In this document: positions 26,463 to 38,821 of the stretch, in pieces
Layout of the letters: the number at the start of each line of letters is the position of its first letter
Numbering within the stretch: position 1 is the first letter of the stretch
NCBI RefSeq assembly: GCF_009914755.1
Contig: NC_060930.1
Length of the DNA: 64,000 nucleotides
Origin: the human T2T-CHM13v2.0 reference genome, Homo sapiens
Reading direction: 5' to 3' (one strand)
Notes under the pieces: generated by a model
What the model was told of the DNA's origin: nothing
The model's database searches: none
Seen by the model: the letters and a program-made list of their open reading frames with translations, nothing else
Position numbers and translations under genes: made by a program

Positions 26463-27423
26463 CTATGAGATCCCTAGGTGAGGGTTGCAGTTGAGCATGG
26501 TAGCTGCTTTTCCTCTTCAGGTTGCCTTTAGGCTGCGATGGAGATAGCATGAGCTCTGGAGCAGGACAGGCTTCTTTCTAACATGGGCTTGGCCACTTTG
26601 TGAATTTGTGATCAGAGACAAGGTCACGGACCTCACTGGGACCTCCCTAGGCTGTCCATTCTGAGTCTGTAAGAAGGTGGAGAGGGGCAGCCCCAGCTGG
26701 GTGTTAGGCTTTGCGGAGCCTCTGCTGTCTGATGTTTGGCTCCAGCATCTTCAAAGCAGGGGCTTTTCTCCTCTGTCCACCTGATTGGCCTTTGTGAGGA
26801 ACCACCACCTGGCGGTGGCCTCATTAGCATCATGGGCCAGCCAGCTGAGCTGACAGCCCGCAGGTTTTCTAGAAAGGCCCACCTTCCCTTGTAGTTTGCA
26901 CACTCCAGGAAGGGCCCTGGGTCTGGGAGGGTTTTCTGGGACCTTGGTGACAGGGAGAGTAGGGGGCTGAACATTAAGGTCTGAATTCTGCGCTGGGGGC
27001 TGGATTGTCCTTAAAGGCGGTTGGCCTCAGACATCCACATGGCAAAGCAGGGAGTTTAGCCCATCTACAACTCTTCTTTATACATGAGGAGCAAAGTATG
27101 AGACCGCCCAGGTAATTGCTCTGATTGGAAGAAAATCATCACGGAGCAGGGTTTAGGGTTGAAATACTGGCCTGCATCCTGTACTGTTGAGTTGATCTGA
27201 GCCAAGGATAGCAGAGAGGACCAGCCATTTTTGTGGTAGCTTTCTGTTGTGGAGGGCACTTGCCCACCTCCTGGGAACGCCACACCCTGGTGTGTTTGCC
27301 CTTGTTCTGTTTCCCCTGCTGCTCTTCTGCTGGAAGCTCTGGACTCACCTGTCTCTGTTGTGGATGGTGCAGGGCGGGCAGGCCAGAGTGGCATCCTTGT
27401 CCTGAGAGGTCCCAGGAGGCAGT

Positions 27424-27562
27424 TGAGTGTGTATGTGTGCGTGAGTGCGTGTGTGAGTGCACGAGTGTGTGAGTGCAAGTGTGTGTGTCTGAGTGTCTGT
27501 GAGTGCAAGTGTGTGTGTCTGAGTGTGTGTGTGTGAGTGTGTTTGTCTGAGTGCGTGTGTCT
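27424..27562. repeat. Degenerate (GT)n/GTGA microsatellite
   Basis: Seen directly. Confidence 0.9.
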
Positions 27563-30359
27563 CTGTCTTCATCAGCTCCTAGGAGATGCCTCCGGACAGG
27601 GGCCTGCCCGTCTCTCCCTCCAGTTCCTTGCCAGTGTCATGTGACACTCCTTTCAGAGGGCACCCCCCGCCCCCAGCCAACTCACCTTTTTTTGTAAACT
27701 TAGTTTTTAAGCAGTCCAACTCTCTCTCTGGATTCAAATGAAAGCTTTAGATCATAGTCTGTTTCGATAGCTCTGTGTTCCTGGTGGTGGTTTTCTCCTC
27801 ACAATGACCTTGTAGGCTAGCTGAGTTTTGTCGAGGAAGTTGAGCTGGGAGAGACTGGCTCACACAGCTTGTTAGTCAGCGCTGGGGCAGGAATCTGGCC
27901 CAGGCCCTTCATGGCACCTTTCTTAGGGTAGCGTGCCCCCTCTCTATTCCAGGTGACCTCTGTTACGCAGTCCCCATTGCCTGCCCTGGTTCCCTGGGCT
28001 CTGACATCAACTTAGATGTCGTGTTTGACTTAGGGCTTCCAGCCGGATCCCTCTCCATACACCGGGCTTCCTTCCAGACCCTGCATACCTCTCAGGGAAA
28101 ACCAAAGGCTGACGTTTGGCATTTCCCTGCTTCTATTTATTTGTATTTGTCGGCCCTGTATCTTTGTCCACAGCTTTGTGGGTTTGTTAGAATAGGAAGT
28201 GAAGTACTTCCTATATAAGCTCTGGCCATGCTGTGTCAAACTCACGTGCTTCCCCAGCCTTCAGCTCGGGGTAGGAGTCTTCATGCAAATCAGATTGTTT
28301 CTCTTTTAGTGTAGGCAACAGCAAGTTGTTGACGACAGTGGTTACCTTAGGCTCTTGACATTCTGCTCCCAAGGTCCAGTGTGGGAACCCTGCCTCCTTG
28401 CTCCTCTTCCTTGCTGTTTTTTCCCTTTCTCCTTAGTTAAGGAGACTGGTCTGGATTTCTGAAGGTGACTGTGCTGGATATGTATGAGCTGAAACACTGT
28501 CTGATACTGTTGAGGGACAGTAGTGAGCCAGGTGATTTCTTGAATACTCTGTTAGAGGACTTGCGTGCATGTCGAAAGTAGGAGAATCTTTTTTGGATGT
28601 TCAGGTTGGAAACACTTCACATTCTCTTTGTCTCCAACATGTTAGATTTGTTGCTTGCTGTAGACTCAGAGAAACATTTCTCTAGCTAGTGACCATGTAT
28701 CTTGTTATGTGAATTTCACTTATGTGTCACCAACTGGGTTTCTGTCTTTTAAGGAAACCAAATTACAGATTCACACGTGCCTACTTTTATTATTACTGAT
28801 CCCATCCTGCCTTTATCTTGCTTTATTAATTGCAGGCCAGTAGTAAAATGTTTAATAGTTACATGACCATTAGCATAACCCCAAGATTCACAGGGACTGA
28901 GGAAACTAAGATATATTTTAAAAGAGTTTGGATATATGGCAATAAATGAGGAAGGGACAGAGTGATACTTCATGGAGATGTTTTGTGTTGAAGGGAAGGA
29001 ACCCAGTTTTCTAAGATTTATTTTCTTTAAGAGATTGAGCATACCATATATTTTGATCATAGAATTTTACATACTTTAGATGCTAGCTGTTTTTAAAAGG
29101 AAAGAACTCCAAATTACATCTTGCAAGCTATTGTGGTTTTGCAAGCATTGAGTGATGGCATATATGAAAACTCTGAGAGGTGTCATATTAAGATACCAAT
29201 GTCAGTTTAAAGATATTCTATATCTGTATCCCTATGACATTGTATTTTGAATTTTTTATTTTTCATTTTTGGACAGACATTTAGAACTCACTCAGTGGAG
29301 ATGGCTCTGCATCTCTGTTTTAAGCTTTTTGAACTCTAGGCAGCTGTGTCGGCCTGGGGCTACATTGACTTCTTCATTGCAGCCCCTCGATTGGTTTCGT
29401 CTGGACCAGGGTGGGTTTCGATTGCGGCCCTTGCTGGAACAGTAGCAGGAAAGTAGAAACACCTTCCTGTCTCTGGGTTAACCAGCTGACAGTCTGTTAC
29501 TTGTGTGCTTCCTTCTAATTGGTAATCTGCCAACACCTTTCAGGATATTATGAAATTTCAAGCAAATGAGGTTAAAATGGAACCTCTGTACTTCTGAACA
29601 GGCGTGGACTGACTGCAGTTCTCCAGGATAGTTTCAGCAGAAGCAGTGAGATTACAGTCAGGAGCAAAACAGTATCTGAGCTTTCTTTATGGGAAAGATT
29701 CCGACTGTGTGCTTGGTTTATATGGTTAAATTAATTGCCCTTGTTAAATTAAAAAAATAGGGTATGTTTCTGCCACAGACTTTGCTTTAAAAGCAGAGAT
29801 CTTCTAAAGTCATTTGCCTTGTATTTGACTTCTGCTGCTCCCCGTTTCCTGCTGGGCCTGATGGTTTGATTGTAGAATGTTTCTGAGTTGTGTCACTGTT
29901 GGACTCTGCTGAGCTGAGTAGTCTCATTAAAGGAGAGTGTGCATCTGAGTTGAGGAAGACAATATAGATGTGGACCTTGTTTGTAGAGTTCACAAGCTGC
30001 TTACATAGAAATAGCAAGGACAGTGCAGCCAGTGGGAAGGAGCCGGCTGAGGGACTTGATATTATTTCCATGGAAACCAGTTGGGTATGGGAAGAGAGGT
30101 TGTGGAAGGCAATGCTCTGGTGTTTGGCAATTCACACTGTGCAGAAGAGAAAGCAGAACTGGACTGGGAGTATAGAGTAGCAGAAGTTTAAGCTTGGGGA
30201 AGAAGTTGAGCAAGGAAAAGCATATGATCTGTTGATCAGCATGATGTGATGTGGTCTGAATCTTCAGACAGTTCACAGCTTTTTCATAGAGGCTGTCCTC
30301 AGATGGGTTCAACCATTCTGAGAATTCTGCCTTTACGATATAAGTAGTATCCATGACAT

Positions 30360-30945
30360 TAAAAACGAGAAGAGAAGCGTTTTGGCCAATGACGGACTGC
30401 ATAAACTACAGTCTGCATAAATGACCTTGGTCCTAGAAGATTAGGATGAAGCTGAACAATTCTTATCACCTAGTGATGCTGTAGCCATTGTAATGTCGTA
30501 GCACAATGCATTAGTCACATGTTTGTGGTAATACTGCTGTAAACGAACCCACTGCGCTACCAGTCTTATGAAAGCGTCCAGTCAGGTCCTAGGCCTTTAG
30601 GTCCACTCACTCACTGACTCACCCAGAGCCGCTTCCAGTCCTGCAGGCTCCATTCATTATAAGTGCCCTAGGCAAGTGTGCCATTTTAATCCTTTATACC
30701 ATATCTTTGCTGCACCTTTTCTACGTTTAGATATGTGTCACATGTTACAGTTGCCTGGGGTATTCAGTGCAGCGTCATGCTGTGTGGGTTTGTAGCCTGG
30801 GAACAATAGGACATACCATATAGCCTAGGTTTGTAGTAGGCGACACCATCTATGTGTGTGCAGATACACTCGATGATGTTTGAGCAGTGACAGAATTGCC
30901 TCATGACACATTTCTGATGACGTATCGCCATTAAGTGAGTGACTA
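30360..30945. mobile_element. Tigger3/Golem-like TcMar transposon relic
   Basis: taccatatagcctaggtttgtagtagg...aattgcctcatgacacatttctg...ttaagtga. Confidence 0.7.
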
Positions 30946-30951
30946 TAAACC

Positions 30952-31245
30952 AGTCCCCCCATCAGCAGTTACACTTCCTGAGGTTTCAGTTACCCATGGT
31001 CACTTGCAGTCTGAAAATATGAAGATATTTTGAGAGAGAGATGCCACATTCACATACCTTTTATTACAGTTATAATTGTGCTATTTTATTATTAGTTGTT
31101 AATCTTTTACAACTAATTTATAAATTAAACTTAATCATGGGTATGTATGTAAAGGAAAAACCATATCCGAAACCGTATTCCTGGTTCCAGGCCTCTACTG
31201 GGGGTCTTGTATCTGTGATTACAAGGTGCTGCGAAGGGATAACTG
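30952..31245. mobile_element. MER44 (Tigger7-derived) MITE
   Basis: cagtcccccc...ggtttcagttacccatggtca...gggggtcttg...aagggataactg. Confidence 0.7.
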
Positions 31246-32184
31246 TAATTTTTCTATATGACTAGCATTTTATTGAATCAAGTTGTGTAGATGGTTGGCA
31301 ATATAATAGGAACTCAGAGATCTTTATGCCATACAGAGTCTGTCCTTTTAATGGCATTTATTGTGACAAGATTTAAACTAAAGTTTTGTGGAATGTTTTG
31401 CCAGTTTTTGTGTTGTAACTGAAACTAAATGTTTTCTGAAAAGTTAAAACCATTTCTTTAAATGGAAAATAAATGAAGCCGTTTACCTAATTGGTTAAGG
31501 ACTCACCCGTGGGCCTCACACCGCCTAGGTTAATTCTTCACTTTATAATTCCGTGATGTTGGGCAAGTTCCTCATTCTGAGCCTTGGGATATTTGGCTTC
31601 AAAGCTGAGGAACTTGGGAGGGTTGGATAATGGCATCACGTTCTGTGGGGAGATTTGGCTCACATGTTAGCTGTGTGGGTGAGAGCCGTGCTGTCATGCG
31701 TTCTTAGCCACTGGCCAGTTTCCTTCTCAAGCCATCAGTAGAGATGCTGATCCTGCATCTGCCAGTCATTGCTCCAGGAGGGAAGACATTACTGTCCCAG
31801 AGTGACGGTGTCATTGGGGATAACAGACACTTCAGAAAATGCCACCACTGAGCTGTATGAAGTGCCATGGCAGCTAGTGCTGGAGCTGTGGATTCAGCCG
31901 GGGAGCACTGTCTGGAGGAGCTGCTGCAGCACATGTGTGTCTCTCCAGCTGTCAGGCTGGCCTTTGGAGTGCATTTGGATTTTTTGAGAATGAGAGAGGG
32001 ACCATTGGCTAACTGTTTTACGCTCTGAAAAATGACATAGAATAGCAAAGATTTTACTTATTTTTGCTGATTTTCTAGAACATTTTCTGTCCCAGAGTGA
32101 TGGTTTTGAAGAACCAGCGTTCTTGGAAAGATGGTTTTGCATCCAGAAGAGTGATTTTAACTAAAATCAGGCTGCCTCCCTTGA

Positions 32185-32806
<622 letters not shown>

Positions 32807-33459
32807 TGAAGACGGTGTTTCCACACAGCTTGCAGATACTTTCTTCCAGAAGCTTGTTTGTTGCTAACATTTAACATCTTACTGTTACAGCTTAGTTTTC
32901 TCTTTGATTGAATATATTGATCTCTTTTTTTTTTTTTCTGTTGGCTTTTTTCTTAAGTCTTTACTTGTGTAAGCTCAGATAACTTAGTCTAGAATGTAGG
33001 CTTTTTCTGGGAATCTCAGCTGAATGGTTTCATTTGCTTGGCTGTTAAATGAACCATACTGTTTGGAATAGTTTCCTAATTCTGGCTGTACATGTTCACT
33101 TCAGGTAGAGAATTTTCTAACAGACAAACTTTCAGACAAAAAATTTATTATTCCTCAAAGATATCATTACATTTTATTTAGTCTGTAATAATTTTATTGC
33201 TTCTGAAACCATTTTCTAGTTCTATAATGTGATCATGGTGCTTTTAAACTTTAATATCAAGTTAATTTTAAGAATGATTTTAGCTTAGGCCATTCTAGGG
33301 GCTTGGCCTTTAATCTGAAAAGAAATTTAGAATCCTTTAGTTTCAAACATGTGATTTCTTAAAACTTGTTGTCAGTTATTTATACGATTTTCAAGTTTAT
33401 TATGAAATAGTCTTTAAAAAATATTTACTTTAGTGGAAACATATCTAGTGATAGTTTAA

Positions 33460-33873
<414 letters not shown>

Positions 33874-34417
33874 ATTAGTTTGTTTTAAAGGAGACATAAT
33901 GTCCGTTGAAACATCAGAATGTTTTAAGTACTGACAGCTTGCAGGTGTCTTTGGAGTGAAGTTTAGAAACCTGCTGTGACCATTCTTCATTTTAAAGCTG
34001 TGACTAAGAACTCTGAGATATTGGTGCCTTCGCCTCAAGTGCTGCTGATGGGTTTGAATGGCATTGAGGTTGCCAGGCCTGGAGGAGGGCTGCCTTGTGC
34101 TGAGTGGTTAAATCACCCCCCTGAAAAAAGTCAGTGTTTCAAGTATTTTAATAGGCTCCTCCTTTCCTACTCCCATAACCACTTACATTTGATAAATCTT
34201 GACAAAACAAGTATGAAATCCAAGTAGAGAAAATAATATAATTGAATAGAGCAACACTTTTCTTTCTAGCAACCCTGATTTCCAGATTATCAGGACAATA
34301 TCCCTCATTTTATTCTTTTTTAAATCTTGATTCTGCTCCCCAAGCAAACACACTCTTTACCTTATTTAGATATCCCCTTTGCAAGAATGGTGGATTTCTT
34401 TTAAGAAAAGCATAGCA

Positions 34418-34755
<338 letters not shown>

Positions 34756-35784
34756 TTAGCGTTGATTCCTACCAGTTAACTCATTTTAAATGACACCCTC
34801 ATGCACCAATATCATATACTTAGGATTGTGAAATAGTTTAATGATGCCACTGCCGCTACTTGAAGTTTGTCTCTGTTATCCTGGAGAAACTAGTCATGGC
34901 TCCTGAATAAGAGATTAGCATTTTTCCTGAGTAGTAGCCAAGTCTTTGTTTACTTGTTTATCTTGTATCCTGCAACCTGGAATATACACTCCGAGAGGGC
35001 AGGGCGTCTTTGTTTTGTTCATTGCTGTACTCTCCTGTGCCTCCCGCAGTAAGTACTTAAGAAATACTTGTGAAACACATGAATAAAGGTTAACGAAGGG
35101 CAAAGGAAACAAGCCTTTATTGATGATTTTTCTCTGTGCCCAGTAATACTTGGGTTATTTTCTCATGTCCTTGAGTCATCTTGACTCTAGGAGACACCTC
35201 TTAACATGTTCCTGCTGAAAAAGCTGAGCTGAGGAGTCATACCCCGAGGGTATCACCCTAAGATTGGGCACCTGAGTACCCCAGCCTGCTCTTCAGGTCT
35301 GTAGCTGCTTAGTGGCTATCAGACCTTCCAAGTCTCCATGCTTTTGAAGGCCTATGTGTGCGGTTTGGTTTCTTGGCAGGGGGGTTTGATGGGTTCCCAG
35401 ACCTAGGAGTTCTTGGCGCCTCGTCTTCCAGTGACCCCACCAGGGCTGCTCTTTCTCCTCCATTGCTGAAACTAGTTCAGGGTTGGGGAGGAGGGCACGT
35501 GGGGGGGCCTGGTGGTTGGTTTTGTGCTGAGTCATTGCCTTGGTGCACTGTGGAAGGAAGCTCTGGGAGGTGGACGGCTCCTTCTGTGAGGGAGTGCTTC
35601 TGTCGTCAAGGGAGTACTGCATAGGGTGAATAACACAGTTATGTAGATATATATGGTGGTCTTACCCCCAGGGCCTCCACAACTCCTGGATGGGCCTAGC
35701 CTAAGCAATTCTGATTTAACTTATTGCCCCTCCTTTTAGCAATACTGTTGAGTTAAATAACAGTTTTTGCATTGAAAATAAAAA

Positions 35785-35910
35785 AATTTTATTTTTGTAG
35801 AGATGGGATCTTGGTATGTTGCCCAGGCTGGCCTGAAACTGCTGGCTTCAAGTGATCCTCTGGCCTTCGCCTCCCAAAGTGCTGGGATACAGGCACGAGC
35901 CACTGGCCAG
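35785..35910 (-). mobile_element. Alu left monomer (FLAM-like)
   Basis: ttttgtagagatgggatc...cccaaagtgctgggatacaggcacgagccac. Confidence 0.85.
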
Positions 35911-36411
35911 GTCTTTATTTTTTGCATTTTGCAAGGACATTTTAAGTCACTTTCTTCCTTTTCTGTTTTTACTCCTGCTGAGGAGATGATCCCCATTTTA
36001 CAAAATGGACAAAACATTCTCCCCAGGGAAGGGAAGAGTAGACATTTGAGAATAATTGTTTTCACAGAACCGGGAAACCACCTATTTTGTCCCAAGTATA
36101 CTGATTGATGCATTAGCAATAACTCACTATCTGCTTTGCCAGAGGTTTGAACAATGAGTGTTAATGCTTGGTGTAGTGAATTTTGTGTGATTTCGAATCT
36201 GATAGCTGACTCATTGCACAGCTCTGTCTTGCGAGTTCAGATCTGAACTGTAGCTCTAAGAGGTAAAAGCAGAAGTGGAGCTGCCTTTCATGCCATAGCT
36301 AGTTTTTTAATAAAATAGAGTTAAAAAATCCTTTGGCTTTTCAGCATTTTGGTGTGATTGGAAAGGCTATTACTATCTTATATTCAGCATGAGTCTTGAG
36401 CAATTACTGAT

Positions 36412-36772
36412 TAATATGATTTGGCTGTGTCTCCACCCAAATCTCAGCTTGTAGTTCCCATAATCCCCATGTGTTGTGGGAGGGACCTGGTGGGAGGCAA
36501 TTGAATCATGGGGGCGGTTACCCTTATGCTGTTCTCGTGGTCATGAGTGAGTTCTCACGAGATCTGATGGTTTTATAAGGGGCTTTTTCCCCTTTTGCTC
36601 CGCACTTCTCCTTGCTGAAAAAGAATGTGTTTGCTTCCCCTTCTGTCACGATTGTAAGTTTCTTGAGGCCTCCCTAGCCATGCTTAACTATGAGTCAATT
36701 AAACCTCTTTCCTTTATAAATTACCCAGTCTTGAGTATGTCTTTATTAGCAGTGTGAGAACAGACTAATACA
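36412..36772 (+). mobile_element. THE1 (MaLR) solo LTR in sense orientation
   Basis: Starts taatatgatttggctgtgtctccacccaaatctc, ends cagactaataca; 5-bp TSD CTGAT at 36407-36411 and 36773-36777. Confidence 0.92.
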
Positions 36773-36810
36773 CTGATCTGAGTTGATATTCTTAAATTAA
36801 TGGTAAGATA

Positions 36811-37111
36811 TTTCTTTTTTTTTTTTCTTTGGAGACAGAGTCTCGCACTGTTGACCGAGCTGGAGTGCAGTGGCACGATCTCGGCTCACTGCAACCTCCG
36901 TCTCCCAGGTTGAAGCAGTTCTCCTGCCTCACCCTCCTAGGTAGCTGTAATTATAGGCGTGTGCCACCACGCCCAGCTAATTTTTGTATTTTTAGTAGAG
37001 ATGGGGTTTCATTATGTTGGCCAGGCTGGTCTTGAACGCCTGACCTCGTGATCCACCCACCTCGGCCTCCCAAAGTGCTGGGATTACAGACGTGAGCCAC
37101 CATGCCCAGCC
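36811..37111 (-). mobile_element. Alu (AluS-like)
   Basis: Full antisense dimer ~255 bp upstream of exon 2. Confidence 0.95.
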
Positions 37112-37367
37112 AGATACTTCTATTTTGATAATCTTTGAGTCCTGAGGTAGCTTCAGAATGGATTGAACCACAGACAGATGGTGTTAGTAGTTTCTGCCCT
37201 GGCTTCTTTGCAACTTAACATACTTGACTTTTTAGTGTTTTTGGCTAAGGAAAGTGTATTTTCTAGTTTGTGGCAGTTTTAAGCAAATGTGGCTTGAATA
37301 AAACTAGAGAGAAGTTTAATTTTTGATAAATCAGTGACATTGACAAGTTGTTTTTCTTCCTTTCCAG

Positions 37368-37507
37368 TTATACATGGGAAGCTGTTGATACCAAAAATAA
37401 TGTACTTTATAAAATCAACATCTGTGGAAGTGTGGATATTGTCCAGTGCGGGCCATCAAGTGCTGTTTGTATGCACGACTTGAAGACACGCACTTATCAT
37501 TCAGTGG
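37368..37507 (+). CDS. IGF2R: IGF2R exon 2 (140 nt; [12 protein letters not shown]...TYHSV)
   Basis: Acceptor ttttcttcctttccag|T; donor GTGG|gtaagt; frame matches exon 1. Confidence 0.98.
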
Positions 37508-38399
37508 GTAAGTAGAACTACCTGAAATTACTGGATTGGCAATATGATTCCCCAATTTTGCAAAAATGACTGTGTATAGCTATACGTATATAGCGATACA
37601 AAAATTTTGAATGTTTAGAAATCATAAGTGTTTATAATACATAATACACATTTGTTAGTAGTTAAAAATGCTAACGGTTTGAATGTCTAGTATGAGCTAA
37701 AACTAGGTTGGTTCTGTCTAGTGGATACTATACAGACAGCTGTTATGAAGAATTATGTAGATGTGTATTTGATATTGAAAGCTGTCTCCTAGATGGCTCT
37801 CCCTTCTCACCCACACTTTTCTTAAACCCTGTTTTTACATTCTCCCCCAGCCCACATTTCCTTTTAGTGCTCCCCCGACTCCCATTCCTTTGTACCTTCC
37901 AGCTTTGGCTGTAGTTCCCAGACAGTGTTTCTGCTGTCAAAGATGGTCACTGGAGTTAGGCTTACATTAAAGGTTAAATAAATAGTCCTGAGGATTGGCA
38001 GTCTCAGAGAAAGAGGTGCAGCCCCTTCTTTCCTAGGGTTCGTTTCATTCCCCAAATGTATGCCTTTTGGGTCAGGATCGCTATCCTTCTGTGAAGAATA
38101 TGAATCCAAGTGGATTAATATATCAGCACCAGGTTACATAGAGTGGAGTCAGGGCAGATGCCTGAAGGAAGGGAGGCAGGGCAGACAGAAAAGCAGAATG
38201 CATTGCCCTTGGATTTGGCAACATGGATGTCCGTGGTGACCTTTCACTAAGGCAGTTAGAATAATGAGGTTTGACCACAATGGATGCTCGTGACATAGAG
38301 ATGGTATATGACTAGGGACTGTCTGATAACTAGAAGAAGATGCTAGGTGGGCTTTTGGATTTGGGAGAGAAGCTTACTGTGGTAGCTCTGTCATTTTCT

Positions 38400-38781
38400 T
38401 TTGTGTTTTAAACATTTTAATATTTTTATAGATTTGGCAGTTCAAGTGCAGTTTGTTACATGGATATATTGCATAGTTGTAAATCTGGGTTTTTAATACC
38501 CGTCACCCGAATAGTGTACATTATACCCAGTAGATAATTTCTAATTCCTCACCCCCCAACCTTTCTGAGTCTCCAGTGTCTGTTATTCCACTGTCCGTGT
38601 CCATGTGTACCTATTATTTAGTTTCTACTTATAAGTGAGAACATGTGGTATTTGGTGTTCTCTTTCTGAGTTATTTTACTTAGGATAATGTGCTATTGTT
38701 CAATTCATGTTGCTGCAAAACATGTGATTTCATTCTTTTTTATGGCCAACATGTGGAATTTGTCCATAGAAAAGAATGAAA

Positions 38782-38821
<40 letters not shown>

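Noticed and set aside
26801-26820. CTCF-like motif (CCGCCAGGTGGTGG on the minus strand)
   Set aside because: Two departures from the core consensus; cannot be supported without ChIP or PWM scoring.
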